Positions 19,664-30,657 are shown, counted from the first letter of the stretch. The stretch: 64,000 bases of DNA from an uncultured Maribacter sp. (GCA_947504045.1 CANNFY010000005.1:86549-150548), one strand, 5' to 3'. Numbers and translations: made by a program. Notes: generated by a model from the letters alone, not told the origin.

Positions 19664-20764
19664 TTAAAATCTAATTCCAACTCCTAACTCTATTGCCTCT
19701 GCATTTGCAGCATGAGATTTAATAGCAATTTCTGCAAAAATTTTATTATTTAAATATCTTTTTAACCCCAATCTATTATAGACTCTACCTTCAAAATCAT
19801 ATGGATAATACACATAATATCCCAATTGGGTTGTAAACGATAGTTTATTTATAAATAACTCATGCCCAACAAATACCCCAACTCTTTTATAATCGGTATT
19901 TTCAGACACATTATTTTCAGGAAAAGAAATACTCTGAAAACGTATTAACTCTTTTAAAAATCTTGAAAAGAAAATATCTGTTCCAAAATGAAATGCACTT
20001 TTTCTACCTATTCTTTTATCTGCATACGCAGATATTATATAAAAAGGATATTGTCCCATGCCTTCCACATCGCTACTATTAATACCTCCTCGTAATAAAA
20101 TATTATACTTTACAGCTTGTTTGTAATTTTTTTCCTCTTTATTTAGCTTAAACTCTTTTTCTTTACCACCATCTAAATCGTACACAAGCCCTGCATTAAA
20201 AGCTAAAGTATTTGTTGATGTATTAGGAGACTTAAAGCTTCCATTTGAGTAATGAATTAAGGAAAGTCCAGCTTTAAACCCTAACCCTTTATATATATTT
20301 TCTTTATGATAATTAACCATAAAATAAATAGATGCCATAATTGGTGTTCCGTAAGCATTATTTCTAAAATTGGTTTCTTTATTATAAGGGTTTGTGTTGT
20401 AAGACACCCCTTGTGCAAACCGAACTTGCAAACTCCTTTTTAAGTAATAAAAATTATAATGTATATAGGCTCCATAGTGCTCACCAAGAGTACTATTATT
20501 CATATTCTGATATATAAAAGAATATCCTAGATCCGGATAATTATAAGCTTGTTCCCATGCTTCTTCGCCATAGGTTTTTTTATTAAAACCTACTATAACT
20601 CCTCCTGGATGATTGGTTATTAGGTGCGATATACTTGGATTATGTTTTAAAACAGAACCGTAAAATTGACTAGCATCAATAGTATATTTTTTTTTGTCTT
20701 TACCTTCTTGTGAAGAACAAAAGAAAAAAGTAAATAATAAGGTTATAAAAAAAACTAGTCTCAT
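19664..20764 (-). CDS. acyloxyacyl hydrolase / lipid A deacylase (PagL-like) outer-membrane protein
   Basis: FYGSVLKHNPSISHLITNHPGG and YNYPDLGYSFIYQN blocks resemble Flavobacteriaceae acyloxyacyl hydrolases. The C-terminus is beta-barrel-like and ends in F. The track start at 20773 is a TTG. I place the start at the first ATG (20764, MRLVFFITLL...). Confidence 0.55.
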   Translation of the reverse strand: MRLVFFITLLFTFFFCSSQEGKDKKKYTIDASQFYGSVLKHNPSISHLITNHPGGVIVGFNKKTYGEEAWEQAYNYPDLGYSFIYQNMNNSTLGEHYGAYIHYNFYYLKRSLQVRFAQGVSYNTNPYNKETNFRNNAYGTPIMASIYFMVNYHKENIYKGLGFKAGLSLIHYSNGSFKSPNTSTNTLAFNAGLVYDLDGGKEKEFKLNKEEKNYKQAVKYNILLRGGINSSDVEGMGQYPFYIISAYADKRIGRKSAFHFGTDIFFSRFLKELIRFQSISFPENNVSENTDYKRVGVFVGHELFINKLSFTTQLGYYVYYPYDFEGRVYNRLGLKRYLNNKIFAEIAIKSHAANAEAIELGVGIRF

Positions 20765-20794
20765 AAACCACAAAAATAGGAATTTGAGACTAGT
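20747..20794 (-). terminator. hairpin plus U-run after metF that overlaps the next gene's start codon
   Basis: Perfect 10-bp inverted repeat ACTAGTCTCA (20785..20794) / TGAGACTAGT (20754..20763) with a 21-nt loop, then eight U on the minus strand. The ATG at 20764..20762 sits at the base of the 3' arm. Confidence 0.5.
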
Positions 20795-20830
20795 CTTATT
20801 TCTTTTCTTTTTAATAAAAAGAGTATTATT

Positions 20831-21784
20831 TTAAAATAAAGCTTTGGCTATAGAATATACATTATCTGATTTTCCCATAGAATAATAATGTAATACAGGA
20901 ACACCTGCTGCTTTTAATTCTTTAGATTGCTGTATTGCCCATTCTATACCTACTTTTCTTACGGCCTTGTTAGTATCGCAACCATCTACCGCGTCAATTA
21001 AATCTTGTGGTAAATCTATCTTAAATACTTGTGGCAATAATTGCAAATGTCTTTTTACAGCTATTGGCTTAATACCCGGAATTATTGGCACATTAATTCC
21101 TATTTCTTTAGCAGCTTCTACAAACTGAAAATATTTTTGATTATCAAAAAACATTTGGGTAACCACATAATCTGCCCCTGCATCCACCTTTTCTTTTAAT
21201 CTTTTTAAGTCGGATTGTAAAGAGGGCGCTTCTAAATGTTTTTCTGGATAGCCAGCTACACCAATACAAAAATCGGCGTTATTTTCCATAGGAGTATCGT
21301 CATGCAAATATTTACCATTATTTAAATTTTGTATTTGCTCAACTAAACCTGCAGCATACGCATGACCACCATTGGTTGGTGTAAAATATTGTTCTTCTCG
21401 CATAGCATCACCACGCAAAGCCATAATATTTTCTATTCCTAGATATTGGCAATCTACCAACATGTACTCTGTTTCCTCTTTTGTAAACCCCCCACATAAA
21501 ACATGCGGCACAGTATCTACATTGTATTTATGTTTTAACGATGCACATATACCCACCGTTCCTGGGCGCATACGGGTAGTTTTTTTATCTAAAAGACCTT
21601 CTTTTTTTACATATATAGTTTCTTCTCTAGAAGTAGTAACATCAATAAAAGGAGGGTTAAACTCCATTAAAGGATCTATATTATTATATAAATGTTGAAT
21701 GTTTTTTCCTTTTACAGGTGGTACTATCTCAAAAGAAAACAATGTTTCTCCCTTTGCATTTTTAATGTGATCTGTTACTTTCAT
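20831..21784 (-). CDS. metF: 5,10-methylenetetrahydrofolate reductase
   Basis: FSFEIVPP N-terminal block, TQMFFD motif, and about 317 aa. Confidence 0.9.
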   Translation of the reverse strand: MKVTDHIKNAKGETLFSFEIVPPVKGKNIQHLYNNIDPLMEFNPPFIDVTTSREETIYVKKEGLLDKKTTRMRPGTVGICASLKHKYNVDTVPHVLCGGFTKEETEYMLVDCQYLGIENIMALRGDAMREEQYFTPTNGGHAYAAGLVEQIQNLNNGKYLHDDTPMENNADFCIGVAGYPEKHLEAPSLQSDLKRLKEKVDAGADYVVTQMFFDNQKYFQFVEAAKEIGINVPIIPGIKPIAVKRHLQLLPQVFKIDLPQDLIDAVDGCDTNKAVRKVGIEWAIQQSKELKAAGVPVLHYYSMGKSDNVYSIAKALF

Positions 21785-21805
21785 TTCTATAAACTTATTT
21801 CCTTT

Positions 21806-22282
21806 TTACAGGTTTTTTAGTTGGCTGTTTATTAAATTAATTTGACCTAAATGATAAACATCGTGTTGTAAAACACCCTGCAACATAAAATCATTTGTAT
21901 ACTCTTTACCTGCTGTATTTTTAGTTAACCAATTGTCTTTTTTTTCTTCTAACAATTTAATTATGTTCTCTTGAGAGTTTTTTAATTCTAAAAATATTTT
22001 TGTTCTTTCTTCTTCTGTATTTACTTCTACATTTTCTCTCCAATCTTCTTTGGTATTTAATGTAATATCAAAAGAAGCGTTTCCTTTTAATTTTTCAATT
22101 ACAAAATACCTCCAATCTATAATATGAAAAACTATACTAGCAATAGAATTAGAAGTGTGTTCAGGTTTTAAATTCCATTTACGTAATGGAATTTTTTGTA
22201 AAGATCCAACTAATGATTCTCCAAACCAAGGTTCTCCTTTAAAAACTTCGTTATTTGTTTTACAAAAACTTTTTAAATTCAT
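21806..22282 (-). CDS. DinB-family (DinB_2, four-helix metal-binding) protein
   Basis: HIIDWR ... HDVYHLGQI histidine pattern typical of the DinB/YfiT superfamily. Confidence 0.65.
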   Translation of the reverse strand: MNLKSFCKTNNEVFKGEPWFGESLVGSLQKIPLRKWNLKPEHTSNSIASIVFHIIDWRYFVIEKLKGNASFDITLNTKEDWRENVEVNTEEERTKIFLELKNSQENIIKLLEEKKDNWLTKNTAGKEYTNDFMLQGVLQHDVYHLGQINLINSQLKNL

Positions 22283-22297
22283 TACTAATTTAAATTG

Positions 22298-22546
22298 TTA
22301 TACTCCCAACATCGATTTTATTTCTTGGTACTCTTCTTGATATTCCCAATAAATCCATCTACCATCTAAATAATCTGTAAGTATATATTTTTCACTTACA
22401 GATTTTATACGGTCTAATGCAATTATTTTTTTTGAAAACCCTTCTACCGAAAAATACTCTGTTATTTCTTTATTTTTAGCATCATAACCATGACTAATAG
22501 TATGGTTCCCCAAAGAAACTTCAATATATTTTTTTATTTTACTCAT
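22298..22546 (-). CDS. hypothetical 82-aa protein, co-transcribed with metH
   Basis: The ATG overlaps the metH stop in an ATGAGTAA arrangement (8-nt overlap). I recognise no family. Confidence 0.45.
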   Translation of the reverse strand: MSKIKKYIEVSLGNHTISHGYDAKNKEITEYFSVEGFSKKIIALDRIKSVSEKYILTDYLDGRWIYWEYQEEYQEIKSMLGV

Positions 22547-25229
22547 CTGAAATATTTGTAGCTAACCATTTTGTTGCTTCCTCCAAAGAAATTCCTTTTC
22601 GTTTTGCAAAATCTTCTACTTGGTCTTCTTTAATTTTTCCTAGTCCAAAATAACGTGCTTCTTCATTTGCAAAATAATAGCCACTTACACTAGATGCTGG
22701 CCACATTGCCAAGCTCTCTGTTAACTTAACCCCTATTTTATTTTCAATATCTAAAATTTCCCAAATGGTTAATTTTTCTAAATGATCAGGACAAGCAGGA
22801 TACCCCGGCGCAGGTCTTATTCCTTTATAGGTTTCATTTATTAAAGCCTCGTTATCTAAGTTTTCATCAGAGGCATACCCCCAATGATTTATTCTAACTT
22901 CTTTATGTAAATATTCTGCATAAGCTTCTGCCAAACGATCTGCTAAAGCTTTAATTAAAATAGAATTATAATCGTCTAAATCTGCTTTATAAGCATCTGC
23001 AATTTCATCTACACCAAAACCAGTACTTACACAAAAACAACCTATATAATCTTGCTTTTCTAATTTTTTTGGCGCAATAAAATCTGCCAAAGCATAATCG
23101 GGCACACCCTCTCTACGCTTTAATTGTTGGCGGAGTGTTCTAAATGTATATGTTTTATCTTCTACATTAACTTCAATATCATCTACTCCAATAGAATTTG
23201 CTGGAAATAACCCAAAAATTGCTCTTGCAGAAAATAATTTTTCGTTAAAAATTTTCTGGAGCATTTTCTGTGCATCTGCAAACAATTCGGTTGCTTGTTC
23301 TCCAACAACCTCATCAGTTAAAATATCTGGATATTTACCATGTAACTCCCAACCTCTAAAAAAAGGAGACCAATCTATATATCCCTCCAATTTTTCTAGC
23401 TCTACATCTTCTAAAACTTGAATACCAAGTTTATTTGGCTTTTTAATATTTGACGTTGACCAATCTATTTTAAATCTATTTGCTCTAGCTTCTTCTATAG
23501 TTTTATATTCTTTCTTTTTGGTACGCTTTAAAAATTTATCTCTAAATTCTTCATAATCTAGCTTTATACCTTCTTTATAACTCTTAGAATTTTCTTCATG
23601 TAGTAAATCACCAACCACAGTAACTGCTCTAGAGGCATCATTTACATGAACTACTGCATTACTATATTGCGGGTCTATTTTTACTGCTGTATGCGCCTTA
23701 CTGGTTGTTGCTCCTCCAATTAATAAGGGTACTGTAAACTTTTGACGCTCCATCTCTTTAGCCAAGAAAACCATTTCATCTAAAGAGGGCGTAATAAGAC
23801 CACTAAGCCCTATAATATCTACATTTTCTTCTTTGGCTTTATTAATTATTTGTTCTGGTGGTACCATAACACCCATGTCTACAATTTCGTAATTATTACA
23901 AGCTAATACTACACTTACAATATTTTTACCAATATCATGAACGTCTCCTTTAACGGTAGCCATTAATATTTTTCCATTTCCGCTAGAATCTTCTGTTTGC
24001 GGATTTTTTAACTTCTCTTCTTCTATAAAAGGCAGTAAATATGCTACAGCTTTTTTCATTACCCTAGCTGACTTTACCACTTGAGGTAAAAACATTTTTC
24101 CGCTTCCAAAAAGGTCACCAACAACATTCATTCCTGTCATTAAATGCCCTTCAATAACCTCAATTGGTTTAGTAACATTTATACGAGCTTCTTCTACATC
24201 TTCTTCAATATATTTATCTATTCCCTTAACTAAAGCACGAGTAATTCTCTCTTGTACTGGTTCTTCTCTCCATGATAAATCTATTTTAGAATCTTTAGCT
24301 TTACCTACTACAGATTCTGCAAAATCTAATAAACGCTCTGTGGCATCATCTCTTCTATTAAGAATAACATCTTCTACATGCTCTAGCAAGTCTTTAGGAA
24401 TATCATCATAAACCTCTAACATAGCTGGGTTAACAATACCCATATTCATTCCTGCTTGTATAGCATGATATAAAAACACAGAGTGCATTGCCTCTCTTAC
24501 CGGATTATTTCCTCTAAAACTAAAAGACACATTACTTACTCCGCCACTTACACTACAGTGTGGTAAATTTTCTTTTACCCACCTTGTAGCTTCAATAAAA
24601 TCTATAGCATTTAATTTATGCTCTTCCATTCCTGTTGCTACAGGAAAAATATTTAAATCAAAAATGATATCTTCTGGCGCAAAGTTTACCTCGTTAACCA
24701 AAATGTCATAAGAACGTTTAGAAATTTCTATTCTACGTTCAAAATTATCTGCCTGACCAACCTCATCAAAAGCCATTACAATTACTGCCGCACCATACCT
24801 TTTTATAAGTTTAGCATGCTCTATAAATTGTTCTTTACCTTCTTTTAAACTTATAGAATTTACAACACATTTACCTTGCACAACTTGCAAACCAGCTTCA
24901 ATAATTTCCCATTTAGAGCTATCTATCATAATAGGAACTCTAGCAATATCTGGCTCTGCAATTACAAGATTTAAGAACTTAACCATGGCTTCTTTACCAT
25001 CAATAAGTCCGTCATCCATATTTATATCAATGATCTGTGCTCCACCTTCAACTTGATCTCTGGCAACATCTAATGCCTCTTCAAACTTTTCTTCTTTTAT
25101 TAATCTTAAAAATTTTTTAGAACCTGCAACATTGGTTCTTTCACCAACATTAATAAAATTAGTTTCCGCTGATAGTACTAATGGTTCTAGACCAGAGAGT
25201 TTTAGATATTTTCTTTTTAATTCGCTCAT
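22539..25229 (-). CDS. metH: cobalamin-dependent methionine synthase, large fragment (pterin-binding, B12-cap, B12-binding and AdoMet-activation domains)
   Basis: [12 protein letters not shown]12-binding motif, NVGERTNV pterin-domain start, and a C-terminal activation domain ([16 protein letters not shown]). Confidence 0.92.
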   Translation of the reverse strand: MSELKRKYLKLSGLEPLVLSAETNFINVGERTNVAGSKKFLRLIKEEKFEEALDVARDQVEGGAQIIDINMDDGLIDGKEAMVKFLNLVIAEPDIARVPIMIDSSKWEIIEAGLQVVQGKCVVNSISLKEGKEQFIEHAKLIKRYGAAVIVMAFDEVGQADNFERRIEISKRSYDILVNEVNFAPEDIIFDLNIFPVATGMEEHKLNAIDFIEATRWVKENLPHCSVSGGVSNVSFSFRGNNPVREAMHSVFLYHAIQAGMNMGIVNPAMLEVYDDIPKDLLEHVEDVILNRRDDATERLLDFAESVVGKAKDSKIDLSWREEPVQERITRALVKGIDKYIEEDVEEARINVTKPIEVIEGHLMTGMNVVGDLFGSGKMFLPQVVKSARVMKKAVAYLLPFIEEEKLKNPQTEDSSGNGKILMATVKGDVHDIGKNIVSVVLACNNYEIVDMGVMVPPEQIINKAKEENVDIIGLSGLITPSLDEMVFLAKEMERQKFTVPLLIGGATTSKAHTAVKIDPQYSNAVVHVNDASRAVTVVGDLLHEENSKSYKEGIKLDYEEFRDKFLKRTKKKEYKTIEEARANRFKIDWSTSNIKKPNKLGIQVLEDVELEKLEGYIDWSPFFRGWELHGKYPDILTDEVVGEQATELFADAQKMLQKIFNEKLFSARAIFGLFPANSIGVDDIEVNVEDKTYTFRTLRQQLKRREGVPDYALADFIAPKKLEKQDYIGCFCVSTGFGVDEIADAYKADLDDYNSILIKALADRLAEAYAEYLHKEVRINHWGYASDENLDNEALINETYKGIRPAPGYPACPDHLEKLTIWEILDIENKIGVKLTESLAMWPASSVSGYYFANEEARYFGLGKIKEDQVEDFAKRKGISLEEATKWLATNISDE

Positions 25230-25244
25230 TCTCTATTAAACTTC

Positions 25245-26237
25245 CTAAATTTGTCTTGGTTTAACACCCTTTACTAAATTTGCAATTGCAGAAATATGCT
25301 CTGGAGTTGTACCACAACAACCTCCGACAATATTCACTAAGTTCTTTTCTAAGTATTCTTTTATTTGTGTTGCCATTTGTTCTGGAGTTTCATCATACTC
25401 TCCAAAAGCATTTGGCAATCCTGCATTTGGATGTGCAGAAACAGCATAATCAGTCTTTGCTGAAATAACTTCTAAATGTGGTACTAATTGGTCTGCCCCT
25501 AAAGCACAATTAAACCCTACCGATAAAATTGGAATATGAGATACCGAAATTAAAAAAGCCTCTGCAGTTTGCCCTGATAAAGTTCTACCAGATGCATCTG
25601 TAATAGTACCACTTACCATAATTGGAACTTCTAAATTGCGCTCTTCTTTTACTTCTTCTATTGCAAACAAAGCGGCTTTGGCATTTAAAGTGTCAAAAAT
25701 TGTTTCTACCATAAGCATATCTGCTCCACCGTCTAACAATGCCTCTACTTGTTGCTTATACGCTATTCTTAATTCATCAAAAGAAACAGCTCTGTAACCT
25801 GGATCGTTTACATCTGGAGACATACTTGCTGTTTTATTGGTAGGACCTATACTACCAACTACAAAACGCGGTTTGTCCGGTTCTTTTTCTGTAAACTCGT
25901 CTGCTACCATTTTTGCAATTCGTGCAGATTCATAATTTAAATCATACACAAATTCTTCCATATCATAATCTGCCATGGCAATAGTAGTACTAGAAAACGT
26001 ATTTGTTTCTACAATATCTGCTCCTGCAGCAAAATACTTTCTATGTACTTCTGCAATAGCTTCTGGTTGGGTTAATGATAACATATCATTATTACCCTGT
26101 ACTGGAGATTTCCAATCTTTAAAGCGTTCTCCTCTAAAATCTTCCTCTGTAAATTTATAGCGCTGCAACATGGTACCCATAGCACCATCTAATACCAAAA
26201 TACGCTCTTTTAGTAAATCTTGAATATTCTTTTTCAT
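25245..26237 (-). CDS. homocysteine S-methyltransferase module of a split methionine synthase
   Basis: [13 protein letters not shown] start, GFNCALG and [11 protein letters not shown] zinc-ligand blocks. Encoded as a separate ORF 15 nt upstream of the metH large fragment. Confidence 0.9.
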   Translation of the reverse strand: MKKNIQDLLKERILVLDGAMGTMLQRYKFTEEDFRGERFKDWKSPVQGNNDMLSLTQPEAIAEVHRKYFAAGADIVETNTFSSTTIAMADYDMEEFVYDLNYESARIAKMVADEFTEKEPDKPRFVVGSIGPTNKTASMSPDVNDPGYRAVSFDELRIAYKQQVEALLDGGADMLMVETIFDTLNAKAALFAIEEVKEERNLEVPIMVSGTITDASGRTLSGQTAEAFLISVSHIPILSVGFNCALGADQLVPHLEVISAKTDYAVSAHPNAGLPNAFGEYDETPEQMATQIKEYLEKNLVNIVGGCCGTTPEHISAIANLVKGVKPRQI

Positions 26238-26289
26238 AGCTTATAAGTCTCCTATACAATTTAAAAATTACTTTAAATTTTAGGAACTG

Positions 26290-26320
26290 CAAAGGTAGGA
26301 TATACACCAATCTTTACCAA
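26290..26320 (-). promoter_or_regulatory. candidate Bacteroidetes-type promoter of the split-metH operon
   Basis: The minus strand reads TTG-N20-TACCTTTG, which fits TTG-N(17-23)-TAnnTTTG, about 55 nt upstream of the ATG at 26237. Confidence 0.4.
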
Positions 26321-26369
26321 CTATAGAAATAGGTTACACAGGAATAAAAAATGATGTTACATTAAAGAA

Positions 26370-27743
26370 CTACAATAGCCCTTTTGCCTTAATCTCTAAA
26401 TACTTATTAATAGTATCTATAGTTAGATTTTGCGGTTTGGTAAGAATAGTTTGTATACCGTATTTGTTTAGCTCTGCAACAATAAGCTTTTTATCGTAAC
26501 TAAATTTTTCTGCTATAGTTTTATCAAAAATTTCTTGTGTGTTTTTTGCTTCCTGAAGTTTTAGCTGCTCTAACTCTGTATTTTTAAAGAACACTACTAC
26601 TAGCATATGGCTTTTATTAATTGCCCTTAAATAATTCATTTGTCTATGCACTGCATCTAAACTACCAAAATTTGTATAAAGTAACAAAAGGCTTCTGGTG
26701 GTTATTTTGCGTTTAATATGCCCATAAAGGTTTCCAAAATCGGATTCGCTATAATCTGTATTTACATTATAAAGCGATTCTTGTATTAAATTCATTTGAG
26801 AATTTCTACGCTCTGCTACCACAAAATTTTCTGGCTTTTTAGAAAAAGAAAATATACCAGCTCTATCATGTTTACGAACTACAACACTACTAATTACCAA
26901 TGCTGCATTTATAGCATAATCTAACAAGCTAAGGTTTTCAAAAGGCATTTTCATTACTCTTCCTTTATCTATGATAGAATATACTTGCTGCGATTTTTCG
27001 TCTTGAAATTGATTTACCATTAACTGGTTACGCTTAGCAGTAGCTTTCCAGTTAATGTCTTTTATATTATCGCCTTGCACATAATCTTTAATTTGCTCAA
27101 ACTCATAAGAATTACCAATACGCCTAATTTTTTTAATACCAAATTGCATACTACTTTGGTTTAGAGAAATTAAATCGTACTTTTTTAACTGTAAAAAACT
27201 AGGGTATGTTTTTACCATTTGTGAAGAGCTAAAAGAAAATCTACGCGTAGCAAGTCCTATTTTACTTGAAGCATAAATATGCAATGCTCCAAAGGAATAT
27301 TCTCCTCTTTCTGTTGGTCTTAAATTATAGCTAAGCTCTGTTTTAGTATTAGCAGCAATTTCTGTATTAATATTAAAATCTCTTTCTTGAAATTGCATTG
27401 GCAACTCATCTATTACCGTACAATACATTTTTAATGTAGTTGTATTAGCAATTACTATAGGAACTTTATTACTATCCCCATTAGAAAATTTTTCTGGCAG
27501 TTCTCGTTTTGCTTCTATTGCTTTTTTGTTTCCAAAAAGAATTAATATATCTACAATAACAAGTGTTATAAATATAAATAAAGCCAGTTTAGCAATTAGC
27601 AGTACACTTGGAAAAATAAAACTAATAATAAATAAAACTATAATTCCGAACATCGCATAAAAGAAGCGATTATTTAGAAATAAGTTTTTAAAAAACCGAA
27701 CTAACGGATATTTAGAAAATTCTGATGTGTTATTTTCCGACAT
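26370..27743 (-). CDS. DUF58 (vWA-like) membrane protein, MoxR partner
   Basis: Two N-terminal TM helices, then the DUF58-type core (EFEQIKDYVQGDNIKDINWKATAK). Lies 9 nt downstream of the MoxR gene. Confidence 0.75.
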   Translation of the reverse strand: MSENNTSEFSKYPLVRFFKNLFLNNRFFYAMFGIIVLFIISFIFPSVLLIAKLALFIFITLVIVDILILFGNKKAIEAKRELPEKFSNGDSNKVPIVIANTTTLKMYCTVIDELPMQFQERDFNINTEIAANTKTELSYNLRPTERGEYSFGALHIYASSKIGLATRRFSFSSSQMVKTYPSFLQLKKYDLISLNQSSMQFGIKKIRRIGNSYEFEQIKDYVQGDNIKDINWKATAKRNQLMVNQFQDEKSQQVYSIIDKGRVMKMPFENLSLLDYAINAALVISSVVVRKHDRAGIFSFSKKPENFVVAERRNSQMNLIQESLYNVNTDYSESDFGNLYGHIKRKITTRSLLLLYTNFGSLDAVHRQMNYLRAINKSHMLVVVFFKNTELEQLKLQEAKNTQEIFDKTIAEKFSYDKKLIVAELNKYGIQTILTKPQNLTIDTINKYLEIKAKGLL

Positions 27744-27752
27744 TAATTTTCC

Positions 27753-28736
27753 TTATTTAGGAATTTCTACACTCTGTAAAATATCATTAATTATTTGCAC
27801 CGATGTTATCCCTTCCATTTCTCTTTCAGGAGTTATTATAACCCTGTGTTGCAACACCGGAATTGCTATTTGTTTTATATCTTCTGGGGTAACAAAGTCT
27901 CTCCCATTTATAGCTGCAAATGCCTTACTTGCTTTTAAAACTGCAATAGATGCTCTTGGTGAACCTCCTAAATACAAAAATGGGTTATTACGGGTATTTA
28001 AAATAATTTCCGCTATATACTTTATTAAATTTGGCTCTACAACTACTTGTGAAATTAACCCTTGATATGTAACGATTTTCTCTTTACTTAAACTATTGGT
28101 TATTTGTGCTAACTTAGTTGTCTTTAATTGATGTTCTCTTGTAATAATCTCAATTTCATCTTCTAAATTAGGGTAATCTATTGTTATTTTAAATAAAAAA
28201 CGATCTAATTGTGCTTCTGGCAAACGGTAAGTTCCTTCTTGCTCAATTGGGTTTTGTGTTGCCAAAATCATATAAGGAGCTTCTAGTGGATATTTAACAC
28301 CATCCATAGTTACCTGCCTTTCCTCCATAACTTCAAACAATGCTGCTTGGGTTTTTGCTGGCGCTCTATTTATTTCATCAACCAAAATAATATTAGAAAA
28401 AATAGGTCCTTTCTTAAATTCGAAATTGGAAGTTTTTAAATTAAATATTGAGGTTCCTAATACATCTGAAGGCATTAAATCTGGCGTAAATTGCACTCTA
28501 CTAAAATCTACCTCTAAAGATTTTGCTAATAATTTAGCTGTTATAGTTTTTGCTACTCCAGGAACCCCTTCTAATAAAACATGCCCTTCTGCTAAAAGTG
28601 CTGTAATTAAAAGATTAGCTATATGCTTTTGCCCTACAATTACTTTTGCTAGTTCTGCTTTTATCTGAGCTACACTAATTTTTAGCTCTTCTAAATTTAA
28701 CCTACTATTAAATTCAATATCGTTGTTTTCTTCCAT
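27753..28736 (-). CDS. MoxR-family AAA+ ATPase
   Basis: Walker A GVPGVAKT, Walker B ILVDEINRA, and QFTPDLMPSD and ATQNP blocks. Confidence 0.9.
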   Translation of the reverse strand: MEENNDIEFNSRLNLEELKISVAQIKAELAKVIVGQKHIANLLITALLAEGHVLLEGVPGVAKTITAKLLAKSLEVDFSRVQFTPDLMPSDVLGTSIFNLKTSNFEFKKGPIFSNIILVDEINRAPAKTQAALFEVMEERQVTMDGVKYPLEAPYMILATQNPIEQEGTYRLPEAQLDRFLFKITIDYPNLEDEIEIITREHQLKTTKLAQITNSLSKEKIVTYQGLISQVVVEPNLIKYIAEIILNTRNNPFLYLGGSPRASIAVLKASKAFAAINGRDFVTPEDIKQIAIPVLQHRVIITPEREMEGITSVQIINDILQSVEIPK

Positions 28737-28766
28737 ACTATATTGTTTTATCCGGGTGACGGATTA

Positions 28767-29942
28767 TTATTTATAGAATTTTTCTATTTCTTTATTTAAT
28801 GCTTTTAATGGATCTTTAGTTCTAAATTGATGCGATTTCATTTTAAGTATTAAACTTATTAATTGCTGTATTTCATCTACAGGTTTTCCGGAACGCAATG
28901 CTAACTTTGTAACAAAATCTTCATTTAATTTATCTGTTGATAAATGATATTTACTCCGCACATGCTCTAAAAAATGAACAATTACTTTTTGTATTATACC
29001 ATTATAATCTTGCGCCTCATAATGTAAGTTACTAACCGTTTGCACAAACTCCGTTGTTGTATTTTTTAATGGGTCTTTTATTGGAATTATGCGTTGCCTA
29101 CGCTTTGCATTAAACAATAAAAATAACCCTATTGTTCCCAGTAATAAATACCAGCCCCATTTTAGTGCTTCTTTAGATAGGATATAACGTAAAGGACTTC
29201 GGCTAATTTCTGGGTCTAACTTAACTGCTTTGTCTACTAAAATTGGTAATGTTGGTAAATAGGATATTGCAGTACTAACATACCCAGTATTATCTGCTTT
29301 TAGCATCTGATAATTTGTAAAAACCTCTGGGGTTGTGTGTATATAAAATATACCATCTCCGTATGGAATTCCTATAAAATTCGCATGTTTTTCATTAGTA
29401 GTTTTCAAATAACCCAACCTCTTTACTGCTTTGGTAGAATCGAAAATATAACTAGTACCATAAGTAACTTTTGGAGAATACCTTAAGGTGTCTTTTGCAT
29501 GATTAAAATACAAGGTTATATTTTCCTGATTTAGCTCAACAGGGTCATACGTTATATCAAAACCTAAGGTATCTTGCACGTACCTTGGAAAATGATACGC
29601 CGATATAAAAGCATCATTTCCAAATTCAACATATTGTAATAAAGAATTAAAAGAAGTATCATCTATATTATATCTACCAGAAATACTAACATAATTTTTT
29701 AAAGTATCTTTTTCTTGCATTCGCAAATGCTGATCATACTCGTAAAAAGTGGTATATACTTTTTTAGAAGATTCCCCTTTAAAATAAAATGGTATTTGCT
29801 CAAAGAATACTTTAGTATCTAAAGGTTTTGTTTGAGTTTCATCAAAAGTAGGAGTCCAATCTACTTTATTACTTTGATTGGTTACCAATAGTATAAAAAC
29901 CAACAAAATTCCCCCTAATACAAATAAAGTTTTTTTACGCAT
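28767..29942 (-). CDS. DUF4350-like membrane protein
   Basis: N-terminal TM, large periplasmic/external domain, a second TM (WGWYLLLGTIGLFLLF) followed by KRRQR, then a helical C-terminal tail. The gene context matches DUF4350 in MoxR clusters. The assignment is by architecture and recollection. Confidence 0.5.
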   Translation of the reverse strand: MRKKTLFVLGGILLVFILLVTNQSNKVDWTPTFDETQTKPLDTKVFFEQIPFYFKGESSKKVYTTFYEYDQHLRMQEKDTLKNYVSISGRYNIDDTSFNSLLQYVEFGNDAFISAYHFPRYVQDTLGFDITYDPVELNQENITLYFNHAKDTLRYSPKVTYGTSYIFDSTKAVKRLGYLKTTNEKHANFIGIPYGDGIFYIHTTPEVFTNYQMLKADNTGYVSTAISYLPTLPILVDKAVKLDPEISRSPLRYILSKEALKWGWYLLLGTIGLFLLFNAKRRQRIIPIKDPLKNTTTEFVQTVSNLHYEAQDYNGIIQKVIVHFLEHVRSKYHLSTDKLNEDFVTKLALRSGKPVDEIQQLISLILKMKSHQFRTKDPLKALNKEIEKFYK

Positions 29943-30657
29943 TTTTAAACGATTTTAAAATTTGCGCATATACAGATGATGCTGTTTCATACTCTGTTTT
30001 ATCTATAGAAAACTCACCGTACCAAATATAGGTAAAGTAATACGTAGCTTTATTAAAGCCAGTAGCATAGGAAGTACCTTCTAATGCTACTTGGTAATCA
30101 TAACTAGTTTTTTGAGAATCATACGTAATTATATTATTCTGGTCTAATTTTTTAAGTAGCAACAAATAATTATAACGTACTGCTAAACGATAGTCTTTAT
30201 TAATTAAGGCTTCTTGAATTAAAACTTCAAAATTTACTTCTTGTATATTTTCTCCTATTTCATAATTAAGCTCGTTGGCTTCTTCTTTTTTCTTTCTAAA
30301 AAACCATCGTCCTTCTTTATTTAAAATTACTCTTACAATAATGTATACAACGGCAGCTATTATTAAAATAAAAAACAAAAGTTTTAGATTATCAATTATA
30401 TTTCTAGCTCCTTCGTCTTTTACACTAAACCAGTTCATAAGCAAATCTGACAACCAAGCTTTAAACCTGTCTATCCAAGAAATAGTTTCTTCATAATTAT
30501 AGTCTGCCCCTTTATATTCTTCTTTAAAAGAATTAGGCAGTCTTCGCACTTCTTCTGGTGCATTAGGCACTATATTTTCTTGCCCAAATACCATAGGCAA
30601 ATTAATACACAAAGTGTACACCAGTACTATAATATGAAGTAATCTCTTATTTTTCAA
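29935..30657 (-). CDS. DUF4129-like membrane protein
   Basis: Signal/TM, a central TM (LLFFILIIAAVVYIIVRVIL), and a C-terminal DYRLAVRYNYLLLLKKL block typical of DUF4129. The track start is a TTG (verified) that overlaps the upstream stop. No ATG preserves the signal peptide. Confidence 0.5.
   Translation of the reverse strand: MKNKRLLHIIVLVYTLCINLPMVFGQENIVPNAPEEVRRLPNSFKEEYKGADYNYEETISWIDRFKAWLSDLLMNWFSVKDEGARNIIDNLKLLFFILIIAAVVYIIVRVILNKEGRWFFRKKKEEANELNYEIGENIQEVNFEVLIQEALINKDYRLAVRYNYLLLLKKLDQNNIITYDSQKTSYDYQVALEGTSYATGFNKATYYFTYIWYGEFSIDKTEYETASSVYAQILKSFKNA

Noticed and set aside
19664-20773. Track start codons at 20773, 31633 and 32903
   Set aside because: Each is a TTG a few codons upstream of an ATG that gives a more typical N-terminus. 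I moved the starts to 20764, 31624 and 32861. The GTG at 19658 and the TTG at 30657 were kept, because only they preserve the signal peptides.
26238-26369. Possible SAM or cobalamin riboswitch upstream of the split metH operon
   Set aside because: Reading the minus strand shows only a promoter-like TTG-N20-TACCTTTG and a roughly 50-nt unstructured leader. None of the conserved SAM-I blocks is present, and neither is a B12-box-like element.
27727-28065. 112-aa plus-strand ORF overlapping the MoxR gene, and similar antisense ORFs at 28426..28668, 30275..30496, 30813..31031 and 31640..31834
   Set aside because: They are antisense to genes with clear Walker motifs or TM architecture, and they have no independent support.
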